From a virus, in IMG/VR virus record IMGVR_UViG_3300036945_000814, positions 43,026 through 107,025 of that record: a stretch of DNA of 64,000 nucleotides; one strand, 5' to 3'. Numbering within the stretch: position 1 is the first letter of the stretch; the number at the start of each line of letters is the position of its first letter. A program made the translations under genes and the position numbers. A model generated the notes under the pieces. That model ran no database searches. It saw nothing but the letters and a program-made list of their open reading frames with translations, and was not told the DNA's origin. Positions 44,784-54,930 of the stretch are shown in pieces.

Positions 44784-47700
44784 ATGACAACGAAGATCAG
44801 CGTTCTCAACAACATCGTCGGGTGGTGCGAGTGGACGTTGCGGAACGAAGACGGTTCAATCGCGACGAAGGGGGAAGGCCCCAACTTGTTCACGCGCGTC
44901 GGCCGTCGCCAGATCCCCGGCTACATGGGACTTCCGACGTACATCGTCCTGCTCGACGACGAGAGGCCGGCCGGCATCAAAGAAGGCCTGACCACATTCA
45001 AGGTCGATCAGCTCTCCCCGTCGCCGATCAATGCGGCCGCGGTTTCCGTTTCTGGATTCATCCGCACCCTCACCACGTCATTCTCCTCGCCAAGCGGCGT
45101 GCGCACGATCCGAAAGATCGGCCTTCAAGGGATCGAGGGTTCGGTTTTCGGTCCCGAAGAGGGAGGACAGTCGCAAGTGAGTGCCTACCTTGAGCTGTCG
45201 CCGGCCATCGTGCAGCAGCCGGGGCAGTCTTTCGAGATCGTCTACCGGCTCGCCGTTGTGGTGAATCCGGCGAAGAATCTCAAGCGATGGCAGACGACGA
45301 CGCCGATCGACGAATCGTACTTCGCCGCTGATCTCGTCAACGGCGGCATCCCCGCTGGAAACTTTTTCCATTTTCTGCACAACGTGGTCGGTTCTCATTT
45401 CTTCGTCGACCAAGGCGCCGAGTACCGCGGCGTCCACATCGCCAATGGCGCTCAAAACTTCAACACCGGCGGCGGTGCGACGTTCTCGGACGGCACCATC
45501 CAACGACGAGGACGCGACACGACGCACCTCACCACCTCCGGCGAAAACGATCAGGTGGTTGGCGCCTACGGCATGAGCGCGGCCTCGCGAGGCAGCGTCA
45601 ACGGCAACAGCGACGCCGCATTGCTGGACGCCAGCAAGAGCTACGGTTTCTTCCCGCTCGTCGCCTACGAGGGCACGCTCACCAGCGTGTTCAAGCACCC
45701 TGCCGGGGAGACTTACCCGTTCAACGTGATCGGGTCGGTGGCGCTCTCGCAAGGAGCGATGGAAGTGCGAGGCCCATTCCGGCCTGACGACAGCAAGACC
45801 CCGTTCCATTGGGGCCACCACGTTGTCATTCAAGACAGTGGCGACACCGACCCCGGCACGGAGGGCACCTACACCGTGCTGCGCCACGGATGGGTCAGCT
45901 ACCCGTACCCGAGCTACTACGCGAACCCAAGCGACGACACCAACAGCCCTTGCCTCGGCCACGGCGGTCTTGCGATACCGGGCGACGTGGCCCTCGGGGC
46001 ACCGCGGCCGCAGCTCGTGTTCGATGGCGTGGACACCTATTGGTACGCCGGGCAGTTTGGCGGCATCAACGCTCGCCTCGCGCGGCAGCGAGCAGGAACC
46101 AACGAGCAGCAGTTTCTCGACGTGGTGGGCGATCTCACGAGGTACTACGGGTTCGACGTGAGAAATGCGAACACGGCTGAGTACAGCCTCGCCACCGACG
46201 GCGCGGGCATCGTGTTCATGGTGGAGGCCAGCACCCTTCTGGCGCAGCAGAAGGTCTATCAGATCGACAATCGCAAACCGGGCCGCCACTACCAACGGCC
46301 GAGCGGAGTCGTGCTCACGGCCAGCCCGCAGACGTTCACCGTTGACGCTGCCGACGAGATCCACGCCATGTTCCCGTTCGTGATCGGCGATGTCGGACGG
46401 AAGATCCGAACAGTGTCGACGCTCAACAACGGCGCCGACGTCGTTCGCACGATCACCGCGTACAACGGACCCAACAGCGTTGACGTTGACGGCGCGCCTT
46501 TCATCACCGAAAGCGCGATGCTTTGGCACTTCGTTACCGTCACGAAGGTTTCAACGGGCGCGCTCACGGGCATCGTGCGCCGAGGAAACTGCGAGTACGA
46601 CGCCACGAACGGCCGCCTCTGGCAGCTCACCGCCGCGGGCCTTGAGTTTTCTCTCAACGGCGGCGTGACGTGGACAAAGATCGACGAGACAAACGGGCTC
46701 ACAACGGCGCTGGCGAAAACCGTGATCTTGCAGCAGGGCAATGAGACACCCCGCGCCTTCGTCATCGGCAACGGCGGCAAGCTCTATTGGATCGACACGA
46801 GCAATGCGATCAACAAGTACACGCCCGTCCCTGTGACCGTGGTGAGCGGGACGCATGAGCGCGTGCTCATCGCCTCCTTGCCGGGGTTCGCCAACGGGTT
46901 CACCAAGGGCACGCTCACGTCTCTCTGCTACGACGGCACGGCGCCCGACCAGACAACGCACACCGACGGCGTGCTGTGGCTCGGACAGGACCGTACCTAT
47001 CAGCGCGGCCTGTGGCGCATGGCGTGCGGTCCGACGTTCATCGCCGGGGGCGCGACGCCCTACGACAACTGGACGATTCGCGGCTCGAACGTGAACGACT
47101 ACTTGGATCACAGTTTTCAAGAAGCTGTCGTGCTGTCCGATGGGCGCGTAATGCTATGCACCGCCGTGCGTAATCAGTGGGCGGTCGCCCGCGTGTCGGA
47201 AACGACGGGCCTTATCACATGGAGCTTCGAGGGTGCCGCCATATCGGCGACGACAAACGGCTTCTACGGCATGATCCACAGTAGGCCGGACGGCCGCGTT
47301 GCCTTTTTTGGCGGCACTTCACGGGCCGACGGGGGAACCCTCTCGGGCAAGCCCATTCAATACAGGTACAACGACCTCCTCGACGTCTGGGTGCCGTGGC
47401 ATGGCACCGCCGCGCAGTTCGATGCCCGCTTCGGGACGACGAACGGAGGAAAGCGCAAGTGTCACGCCGCCTTCCAACCCATCCTCGGGGTCGGAAAGAG
47501 CCACGGCATTTCCATCCGGTTTGTGCAGCTCGGCGTCGCCCCCGCTGACGAGTTCAAGGCTGCGGAGCGGTTCACCTTCATGGCGGCATGGGGCGTCGCC
47601 CGCACCAACGTGCAGGATGTGACGTGGCGCCACGACTGGAGCCAAGCTCTCACAGAGACGAAAGTCGAGGCAGAGGCAATCAAGATCGCGACCGGGAGGG

Positions 47701-48890
47701 GCGCGATTCAGGTGTTTTACCAACGCTACACCAGCGTCGGTCCCGGCCTGCCTCTCGCTCTTGGCGGCGGCGGTATCCCGTCCCTCGACAACCTCGGCGT
47801 CAACTACGGATGGCTGCCGGTAAAGGGGGATCTTCGCCTCTTGGGGGGCGGGGATGCCCCGGACACGAGCGTCGTCGGCGGGGCTGTAAGCTACTCGATC
47901 GCAAGGATCGGCCTCGACCTCGGTGTAGGGCCGCCGCCGATTTCCCGTCTTCACACTCTTTGGAGGGACGGCCAGTGGTACATTGGCCAGCGGTTCCATC
48001 GCGCCAGCGCCGATCGAGCTGACTTCCGTGTTTTCTTTTCCGACGACAACAGCATCTGGACCGAAGCGACCGCGGTTCGCTTCAAGTTCAACGGTGCTTC
48101 ACAGCCGGACGCTGGCTACAGATACGCCTACTTCGCAGAATACCCATATGGCGGTGCCATCGCCGAAAATGTCGGCGGCGCGCGGTCGATGATCTTCGAC
48201 CTTGAGTCGGCGGGATTGTCCGTCGGCGCACGCACACACCGCTACTGGCAGATCCATCTTGGCGTATCCGGCGCAGGCAACAACTTCGGCACCCCGTCTT
48301 TCGGTGGTGTGTGGGCGGAGGACGCCTCGTCGAATCCCATCGGGTTCACATCGAATCACAGGACCGACGAAGCCCACGACGTCGACCACGGTGGTAGCTG
48401 GATTCGTGAAGTCGACTTCATCCAGACGCGCACCGGCCTTTCGGGGCAGGGCGGGATCAACACCGTCGACGACGGTGACGGCAACGGCTACACCGACACG
48501 GTCACAATCGCCGCCGGCTCCTTCGATACCGGGGTCATTTCCACCGTGACTGACCTCCTTGCGTGGAAAGAATCGCCCGGCAGCGGCAACGGCTTTGTGC
48601 GCAGCGGGCCAGCAGCGGCAGCGAGTCGAGGTATGCCGTGGAGTCTCGGCCACCAAGCGAGATCACGGATCATCGCGGTGAGCCCTACGACGATCCAAGT
48701 CGCGAGCCCCATCATCCCCGACAATCTTGCGGCGGTGGACTTCGAGATCAGAAGGCCGGGAACCACAGCGTCGTTCGTCGCAGGTTGCTCTCCGCGGTAC
48801 GACATCCAAAGTGGCTACGTTCAGTTTCACAACGCAGACTTTGGCCGTGAGTTTCGGATCACGCGGAAAGTGATCATCCGCCTCCCATGA
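44784..48890 (+). CDS. Large tail fibre/receptor-binding protein (beta-propeller/BNR-like motifs)
   Basis: 1368 aa, aromatic/Gly-rich, FSLNGGVTW and FSDDNSIW; visibly more A/T-ending codons than the core genes. Confidence 0.65.
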   Translation: MTTKISVLNNIVGWCEWTLRNEDGSIATKGEGPNLFTRVGRRQIPGYMGLPTYIVLLDDERPAGIKEGLTTFKVDQLSPSPINAAAVSVSGFIRTLTTSFSSPSGVRTIRKIGLQGIEGSVFGPEEGGQSQVSAYLELSPAIVQQPGQSFEIVYRLAVVVNPAKNLKRWQTTTPIDESYFAADLVNGGIPAGNFFHFLHNVVGSHFFVDQGAEYRGVHIANGAQNFNTGGGATFSDGTIQRRGRDTTHLTTSGENDQVVGAYGMSAASRGSVNGNSDAALLDASKSYGFFPLVAYEGTLTSVFKHPAGETYPFNVIGSVALSQGAMEVRGPFRPDDSKTPFHWGHHVVIQDSGDTDPGTEGTYTVLRHGWVSYPYPSYYANPSDDTNSPCLGHGGLAIPGDVALGAPRPQLVFDGVDTYWYAGQFGGINARLARQRAGTNEQQFLDVVGDLTRYYGFDVRNANTAEYSLATDGAGIVFMVEASTLLAQQKVYQIDNRKPGRHYQRPSGVVLTASPQTFTVDAADEIHAMFPFVIGDVGRKIRTVSTLNNGADVVRTITAYNGPNSVDVDGAPFITESAMLWHFVTVTKVSTGALTGIVRRGNCEYDATNGRLWQLTAAGLEFSLNGGVTWTKIDETNGLTTALAKTVILQQGNETPRAFVIGNGGKLYWIDTSNAINKYTPVPVTVVSGTHERVLIASLPGFANGFTKGTLTSLCYDGTAPDQTTHTDGVLWLGQDRTYQRGLWRMACGPTFIAGGATPYDNWTIRGSNVNDYLDHSFQEAVVLSDGRVMLCTAVRNQWAVARVSETTGLITWSFEGAAISATTNGFYGMIHSRPDGRVAFFGGTSRADGGTLSGKPIQYRYNDLLDVWVPWHGTAAQFDARFGTTNGGKRKCHAAFQPILGVGKSHGISIRFVQLGVAPADEFKAAERFTFMAAWGVARTNVQDVTWRHDWSQALTETKVEAEAIKIATGRGAIQVFYQRYTSVGPGLPLALGGGGIPSLDNLGVNYGWLPVKGDLRLLGGGDAPDTSVVGGAVSYSIARIGLDLGVGPPPISRLHTLWRDGQWYIGQRFHRASADRADFRVFFSDDNSIWTEATAVRFKFNGASQPDAGYRYAYFAEYPYGGAIAENVGGARSMIFDLESAGLSVGARTHRYWQIHLGVSGAGNNFGTPSFGGVWAEDASSNPIGFTSNHRTDEAHDVDHGGSWIREVDFIQTRTGLSGQGGINTVDDGDGNGYTDTVTIAAGSFDTGVISTVTDLLAWKESPGSGNGFVRSGPAAAASRGMPWSLGHQARSRIIAVSPTTIQVASPIIPDNLAAVDFEIRRPGTTASFVAGCSPRYDIQSGYVQFHNADFGREFRITRKVIIRLP

Positions 48891-49405
48891 GCACCATCGC
48901 CCCTGTCGTCGACGCCGTCGCGGACGTGAAAGCCTTTGGCCTCTTCGCGTACCGCGGCGCGTTGTGGTCGATCTACGTCCGCGAGAGCGGCGAGCTTGAG
49001 CTGCACCGGACAGGCGATGCCGTGATGGCCCACACGTCCATCGACGTGCCTTTCCGCAAGAGGCAGCCGACGGCCACGGCCATCGGCGACGAGCTGTGCA
49101 TCGCATGGGCGGAGCCGACCTCTGGGGCGATCTTTTTCTCGCGGTGGGATCTCTCCGCGGGCAGGTACAGCGCGCAACCGTCGTCGATGGCGGTTGGATC
49201 TTCGCCGTCGATCAAGGTCTACAAGACGACGCGCTTGGTGCTCGGCTACCGTGACGGCGTCAACCGCTTCGTCTATCGGATCTCGGCGAACCTCGGGCTC
49301 ACATGGAGCGACGAGATCGTGGTTGATCCGCTGGCGATCACCGAGGTCGACATCGACGTGTTCCCGACGAGCGACAACAGTGCTTTCTTCGCCGAGACAA
49401 ACTGA
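48887..49405 (+). CDS. Hypothetical virion protein (BNR-like SANLGLTWS)
   Basis: ATGA overlap. Confidence 0.6.
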   Translation: MSTIAPVVDAVADVKAFGLFAYRGALWSIYVRESGELELHRTGDAVMAHTSIDVPFRKRQPTATAIGDELCIAWAEPTSGAIFFSRWDLSAGRYSAQPSSMAVGSSPSIKVYKTTRLVLGYRDGVNRFVYRISANLGLTWSDEIVVDPLAITEVDIDVFPTSDNSAFFAETN

Positions 49406-49416
49406 AAAGGTGATCC

Positions 49417-49842
49417 ATGTCTGACGTCATCGTTGGCGGGTTCTTCGTCGACACCCTTGAGCTGACGTCGGTGCTCCCCGGCGAGGTCGAGGACAACGGC
49501 GGAACCGTGCTTGAGTTTGTGGGCAAGTTTGCCAACGCGCCCATTCAGATTTTCGTCGTCGTCTCCGGCGTCGAGGTGCCGTGCTACTCCGGCGTCTCCG
49601 GCAACGGCTACTCGCCGCGGCCGGTCACGGGCACGCAGCTCTTTGCCGTTACGCCGCCGCTGCCCAAGGGAGGCCCCTACACGATCCGAGGAAAGCAGGG
49701 CATCTTCGAGGCCGAGATCCCCGCCGCCCTCACCGTGCGCAACCGCAACTTCCGATCGCGCACCAGCGCACTCCGGCAGCTCATGCCGCCGCTTCTCCGC
49801 GCCGGTCCCCGGCGGCTGGATGTGACCGACCCGCTCGCATAG
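49417..49842 (+). CDS. IPT/TIG-like Ig-fold virion protein
   Basis: LTSVLP..GGTVLEFVGKF..TQLFAVTPPLPKG. Confidence 0.6.
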   Translation: MSDVIVGGFFVDTLELTSVLPGEVEDNGGTVLEFVGKFANAPIQIFVVVSGVEVPCYSGVSGNGYSPRPVTGTQLFAVTPPLPKGGPYTIRGKQGIFEAEIPAALTVRNRNFRSRTSALRQLMPPLLRAGPRRLDVTDPLA

Positions 49843-49854
49843 GATCTGCCCGAC

Positions 49855-52215
49855 ATGCCTTCCAACGTCCTCACCTTCCCGCTCGGACCCGCCGAGGCCG
49901 TCCTCGACGGCATCGGCGACGAGCTGAATGAGCTGGCGGGCCTTCGGGTCACGCGGCTCGCGGCCCCGGCGTTGGCGTCGGCGACCTCGGTGACGACCGA
50001 AACGACGTTCACATGGCCGGACACGGGCGCGTTCTACATGGCGGGCGTGCTCTACGCCTACACCGGCAAGACCACGTCGAGCTTCACAGGGCTTACGCCG
50101 CCGGTGGCCGAGGATCTGCGGGCCATGACCCCGCTCGTCGACTGGAGCCAATCGTACAGCGCCTACGACCTCGCTCGGCGCGCGCTCCTCGTCGACTTCG
50201 CCGAGGACGAGTACCTTGATGCCCTCGGGCGAAACTACGGCGTGTTCCGGTTCCCCGGCCTGACCGACGACAGCTTCCGCTCGGCGATCAAGGCGCTCGC
50301 CTTCGCCCCCAAGGGCACCCTCGCCACGATCACGACGGTGCTCAACTACCTCGTCGGGCCGGGCAACTTCGACGTCTTCGAGGACTTGGTCAACTTCCCC
50401 AACTGCGTCTTCATCACGCTCGACGCCACCGTCGGCGCCGGCTCACAGGCAGGCAAGACGTTTTTCGGCGCGCGCGAGACGCAGACGTCGCTCACCGCTG
50501 CGACAGTGCAGACGCAGTACGAGCCCGTCGGCCTCGACGTCGACAGCGTCGCGTCGATCTTCCTCGCCCCCTTCCTGCACCACGCCTACTTCGACGTCGG
50601 CCCCTCGGCCGAGCCTGAGACGCCGTGGACGTACACCGGGGCGCAAGCCGAAGCCTCCGTCGTCACGCCCAACAACGACGGCTCTTTCCGCTTGCAGGAC
50701 ACGGGCGGCGCCCTCATCGGCGCGCAGTATCAGCGGACCCTGAACGCGACGACGACGACAGACGTCTTCGTGAAGGCCGCCGTGCGCCGTGTGTCGTCGA
50801 CGGTCAACGACGCCCTACAGATCCGCTTCGCCGACGGCGCGCGCGAGATCGCAGTCGGGTGGAACGCAACGCAGCTCTTTTTCTACAACACGACGACGCT
50901 GGCGCAGCTCGGCACCCCGTTCCTGCTCGACGTCGCTTCGCACACCATCGAGGTGCGCAAGCTCGGCGGCATCGACGGCCCCACCGCGGCCGTCGAGCTG
51001 TGGGTCGACGGCGTGCTGCGTGACAGCGCCCCCTACGCGAGCTTCCCCACCAGCGTCACGCGCCTTGTGCGGTTTGGATCGTTCTCGTCCGCGGGCCTGA
51101 TGGATTCGTCGTGGGCGACGTTGGAGGTGTTCACGCGCGACGAGAACACAAACTACTGGAACCAACGCAGGGTCGCCGACGGCACGGTCGCAATCGCCAA
51201 CCCTGCGCGCCTGACGAGCACAGGGTCGTTCTTCGATGCGATCTTCTCCGCCGGCCGGCCGGTGCAGGTTCGCGGCGGCACGGCGCTCCACGGGCGCCAC
51301 AACGGCCGCTACAAGGTCACGGCCGTCGGGCCGGCAGGCGCTTACGTCGACGTGACGGGCCTTGAGCACGCGGGCCTTGAGATCCTTTCCGCCGACACGG
51401 TTCGCTGTCCCGTGAACCACTACAACGGCTTCACAGCCGAAGACGCGGGCGTCGTCGCCACGCGCACCACCGGCGCCGGGGCCGCGGGCCTGATCTGGAA
51501 GGCACGCTACGGCGGCGGCGACGGCAACCTCATCACAGTCACGATCGTCGACCCGCCGGGCAACCTCGTTCCGCTGACGGTGAACGTCGTCGGCCCTGCC
51601 ATCACCGTCACGCTCGCCACAGACGGCGCGAGCACGCCGATCTCGACGGCAGCACAGGTGAAGGCGCTGATCGACGGCAACGTCACCGCGGCCGCCCTCG
51701 TCGAGATTGACCTCGTGCAATCGCCCGGCGGCGGCGTGGTCGCGCCCATCGCCGTCGGCAACCTCGCAGGCGGCGAGGACGGAAAGATCCTCTCGATTGC
51801 CAGCGCCGGCGCGCCTGCGAACAACGGGCTCCGCAAGATCGCCACGCTCATCGACTCACGCACCGTGCGCCTCGGATCTCACGTCACGCCAGCGGCCCTC
51901 TCCGTCCCTGACGTTGTGCAAGCGCGATGGAAGAAGAACCCCAACTTCGACACCGAGGCCGGGCTGACGTGGGAGGTCTTCGGGGCGGCCACCGTCGCCG
52001 CCGGCAACAACCTCACGATCCAACGTCAGCTCTATGCGGCGCTCGTTCCCGTCGAGGTCGTCTATCTCACGACGCGCACAGGCTCGGTGCTGCTCAACGA
52101 GTTTGACGTCAACACGGGCGCCCTTTTCCCGTTCTACTTGGCCGACCCGCTGGCGTTCGTTCGTGCGATCATCGACGCGATCACAGTGGCCGGCGTGACC
52201 CCGAAGTACAGGTGA
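49855..52215 (+). CDS. Baseplate wedge protein, gpI-like N-terminus with added domains
   Basis: AEDEYLDALGRNYGVFR..DDSFR..PKGT. Confidence 0.7.
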   Translation: MPSNVLTFPLGPAEAVLDGIGDELNELAGLRVTRLAAPALASATSVTTETTFTWPDTGAFYMAGVLYAYTGKTTSSFTGLTPPVAEDLRAMTPLVDWSQSYSAYDLARRALLVDFAEDEYLDALGRNYGVFRFPGLTDDSFRSAIKALAFAPKGTLATITTVLNYLVGPGNFDVFEDLVNFPNCVFITLDATVGAGSQAGKTFFGARETQTSLTAATVQTQYEPVGLDVDSVASIFLAPFLHHAYFDVGPSAEPETPWTYTGAQAEASVVTPNNDGSFRLQDTGGALIGAQYQRTLNATTTTDVFVKAAVRRVSSTVNDALQIRFADGAREIAVGWNATQLFFYNTTTLAQLGTPFLLDVASHTIEVRKLGGIDGPTAAVELWVDGVLRDSAPYASFPTSVTRLVRFGSFSSAGLMDSSWATLEVFTRDENTNYWNQRRVADGTVAIANPARLTSTGSFFDAIFSAGRPVQVRGGTALHGRHNGRYKVTAVGPAGAYVDVTGLEHAGLEILSADTVRCPVNHYNGFTAEDAGVVATRTTGAGAAGLIWKARYGGGDGNLITVTIVDPPGNLVPLTVNVVGPAITVTLATDGASTPISTAAQVKALIDGNVTAAALVEIDLVQSPGGGVVAPIAVGNLAGGEDGKILSIASAGAPANNGLRKIATLIDSRTVRLGSHVTPAALSVPDVVQARWKKNPNFDTEAGLTWEVFGAATVAAGNNLTIQRQLYAALVPVEVVYLTTRTGSVLLNEFDVNTGALFPFYLADPLAFVRAIIDAITVAGVTPKYR

Positions 52216-52224
52216 GGGTGATAC

Positions 52225-54156
52225 ATGGATCTACCTAAGTTTCATCCGAACGAGCGCGTCGACCTCGGCGACATCGAGTTCCTGTCCACCGGGCAGCTCG
52301 GCGAGTTTCAGCGGTTGCAGACGAACCTCATTGTCGGCGAGGCCGTCAAGCGCATCCTCGACGGATTCAGCTTCGCCATCTTCTCGCCCACGGTCATGAC
52401 CATTTCCTTCGGCAAGGCGATCCTCGCCGAGAACCGACAGACCGCCGTGCGCTACGGGCAGCTCGTCGGCGGCGGGAGCCCCGTCGAGGGTGTGGCCTCG
52501 CAGAACGTCTCATTCTCGGGCATCGCCGCGGCCTACAGCGTCTTCGTCCGCTTCGTCTACGGCGACGGCGTGCAGTCCAACCGCGCCTTCTGGGACACGA
52601 TCCTCGCTCAAGAGGAAGTGCAGGCCGTCAACACGCGCAAGGTCGCCGGATGGCAGGCCATCGTCGCGCTCACCGTGAACGACCCCGGCGCCGACTGGCT
52701 GCGCATCGTCGACATCGCGTGGGATGGATCTGCGCTCGGTTCTTCGGTGATCACCGACAAGCGCACGTTCTTGTTCGAGGGGCCGGCCGACTCGACGCCG
52801 CAGAGCTTCCGCCCGACGTGGGGTGGCGGCGCAGACCGCAACGCCGCCCGCGCCACCAACGGCGTCAAGACGCTCGAACGCTTCGCCTCGGCCGTGCTCA
52901 AAAAGATCGAGGAGATCCAAAGCGACACGCCGACGACGCGATGGTGGGATGCCCCCGTCGAGCCCTTGAGCAAGAAGGTGAGCCGCTTCGGTGACCTCTT
53001 GCTCGTGGGCAACTACAAGATCACGGGCGGCTTCGAGGTCGACGGCGGCACGTCCGTCTTCGAGCAGATCAACCCCGACGTGACCAACCGGGGGATGGGC
53101 ACGTCGCTGCTCCGGTGGGATGCGTTTCTGCGCGACCTCAACACGACAGGGGCCGTGACGGTCACGGGCACTCTCTCGCTCGCGGGCGGCGGCCGTACCT
53201 CCAGCTCGATCATCCCCGACTTCGACGACGGCTACACCTTCGGCGATGCGTCGTTCAAGTGGAGCGACGTCTACACCAACTTCCTGCACGCCGGGCAGAT
53301 CCGCCGACAGCCGGCGATCCTCACCGCCGACATCGGCACAAGCGTCGCGCGGTTCCGAAAACTGTGGTTTGAGAGCGGAGACTTTTCCGCGGGACTGACG
53401 GCCTTCGGCCCGATCTCTTTCGGGTCCACGCTGACGACCGACGGCAGCATCTTCACGTCGGGCGCAACGAGGGATCTCGGCACCGTGACGTCGGCGGGCA
53501 CCCGGTGGAATGTATTTGCCAACACGCTCAACGTGCTGGCCGCTGCCACGTTCGCCGGCACGCTGGCGCCATCGGCCTCCGGCGTCGACCTCGGCTCGCT
53601 CGCGGCCCGCTGGGATGTCTTCGGCGGCACCGGCAACTTCTCCGGCACGCTCACGTCTGATGACATCGAGCCGAGCGGGTCGGGGAAGAACATCGGCAGC
53701 GGCAACACCGCCGCGACCCGCTACAGCAATGTCTACTGCACCAACATCAATGTCGGCACGCTGTTGGTTATCGGCGCCGGCTCCGGCACCGACATCAACC
53801 TTGCCAGCGCCGGTAACGTCCTCAACGTCGGCGGCCGTGTGTGGTTCTTCGGCGGCACCAACAACAAGGAGTCGCAGATCCAACTTGATCAGGACTTCAT
53901 TGGCCCTGACGACGACGGCAACACTTCCCTCGGCGCCGCCGGCGTGACGAGCGATGTCGGCATCATGATGACCTTCCGCTCAAGCAACGCGCGCGTTGCC
54001 GGAACGGTGAGCCCGACCGCCGACCGGCAACTTCACATCGCAACGACGTTTGGCCCGACTTCCCAATGCGGCGCCATCAAAGTTCAGCTACAGGACGGGG
54101 CCGGCGGCACACAAACACGCGGATTCATTCGCGTGTGGTTCACGCCCGTCGGATGA
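52225..54156 (+). CDS. Tail fibre protein
   Basis: Repeated P..d..lG....RW..f units (GTSLLRWD, GDASFKWS, GTSVARFR, GSLAARWD). Confidence 0.75.
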   Translation: MDLPKFHPNERVDLGDIEFLSTGQLGEFQRLQTNLIVGEAVKRILDGFSFAIFSPTVMTISFGKAILAENRQTAVRYGQLVGGGSPVEGVASQNVSFSGIAAAYSVFVRFVYGDGVQSNRAFWDTILAQEEVQAVNTRKVAGWQAIVALTVNDPGADWLRIVDIAWDGSALGSSVITDKRTFLFEGPADSTPQSFRPTWGGGADRNAARATNGVKTLERFASAVLKKIEEIQSDTPTTRWWDAPVEPLSKKVSRFGDLLLVGNYKITGGFEVDGGTSVFEQINPDVTNRGMGTSLLRWDAFLRDLNTTGAVTVTGTLSLAGGGRTSSSIIPDFDDGYTFGDASFKWSDVYTNFLHAGQIRRQPAILTADIGTSVARFRKLWFESGDFSAGLTAFGPISFGSTLTTDGSIFTSGATRDLGTVTSAGTRWNVFANTLNVLAAATFAGTLAPSASGVDLGSLAARWDVFGGTGNFSGTLTSDDIEPSGSGKNIGSGNTAATRYSNVYCTNINVGTLLVIGAGSGTDINLASAGNVLNVGGRVWFFGGTNNKESQIQLDQDFIGPDDDGNTSLGAAGVTSDVGIMMTFRSSNARVAGTVSPTADRQLHIATTFGPTSQCGAIKVQLQDGAGGTQTRGFIRVWFTPVG

Positions 54157-54166
54157 GGAATGACGC

Positions 54167-54463
54167 ATGACGATCCAAGCATTCAACGCAGACAAGTACC
54201 TCGACACCTTGCTCGCCAGTGACGGCAAGCAGCTCAACGAGGCCGAGCAGAAGATCCTCGCCAAGCTCAAGGCGGCCGACGCCGCCATGCCCCGGATCCG
54301 AGCGCGCATCGAGCAGATCGAGCAGGAACGCCAGCAGCTCACGGGCAAGCTCAATCAGATCGCGGGGCAGGCGCAGGTGTGCTCGGCGCTCCTGATCGAA
54401 GCGGAGCAGGACAGGCAGCCGGTCGTGCCGCTGGCCGACATCACCGCCGCGCTCGTGCCGTGA
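54167..54463 (+). CDS. Small coiled-coil protein (possible fibre chaperone)
   Basis: Heptad pattern; GAGG SD. Confidence 0.6.
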   Translation: MTIQAFNADKYLDTLLASDGKQLNEAEQKILAKLKAADAAMPRIRARIEQIEQERQQLTGKLNQIAGQAQVCSALLIEAEQDRQPVVPLADITAALVP

Positions 54464-54489
54464 GGTAGGCTCAAGGCACGAGGTGCTTT

Positions 54490-54930
54490 GTGGAACCAGA
54501 CCAGATCGACATGCCCGCAGCCGTCGTTTCGATGACGCCCGAGCCGGCGGCGCCGCAACTCGCGGCGATCTTCGACGTGAACGCCCTGCTCACGCACTGG
54601 AACGTGCTGCTCATCGTGGCGGTGTGGGCCGGGATCCAGTCGGTCAAGCGCGCCTGCCCCGACGAGTGGTTCGACGCCGGCAAGCCGCTGGCGCGGCTTC
54701 TGCCGCTGGCGCCGCTCGTGGTCTGCTCGGTCGCCGTGTGGATCCCCGGCCCGTGGCTCGATCCCGCCGAGACGCCGGCGCAGAAGCTCATCCTCGGCGT
54801 CATCCTCGGCACCGTCACGAGCAACTTCCACACGATCGCCAGCCGGCTCGGGCTGCACTCGATCCTCGGCATCGAGGCGGACACGCGCAAGCTCAAGCCG
54901 TCGTCGTCGGATGAGGCGCCTGCCCCATGA
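54490..54930 (+). CDS. Holin-like multi-TM membrane protein
   Basis: Three hydrophobic stretches; end of the tail module. Confidence 0.55.
   Translation: MEPDQIDMPAAVVSMTPEPAAPQLAAIFDVNALLTHWNVLLIVAVWAGIQSVKRACPDEWFDAGKPLARLLPLAPLVVCSVAVWIPGPWLDPAETPAQKLILGVILGTVTSNFHTIASRLGLHSILGIEADTRKLKPSSSDEAPAP

Noticed and set aside
144-54858. Numerous long minus-strand and alternate-frame ORFs (e.g. 3526-5778, 5797-8244, 21746-24397, 31519-34029)
   Set aside because: Shadow ORFs of high-GC coding sequence: Arg/Gly/Val-rich, no motifs, fully overlapping well-supported + strand genes.
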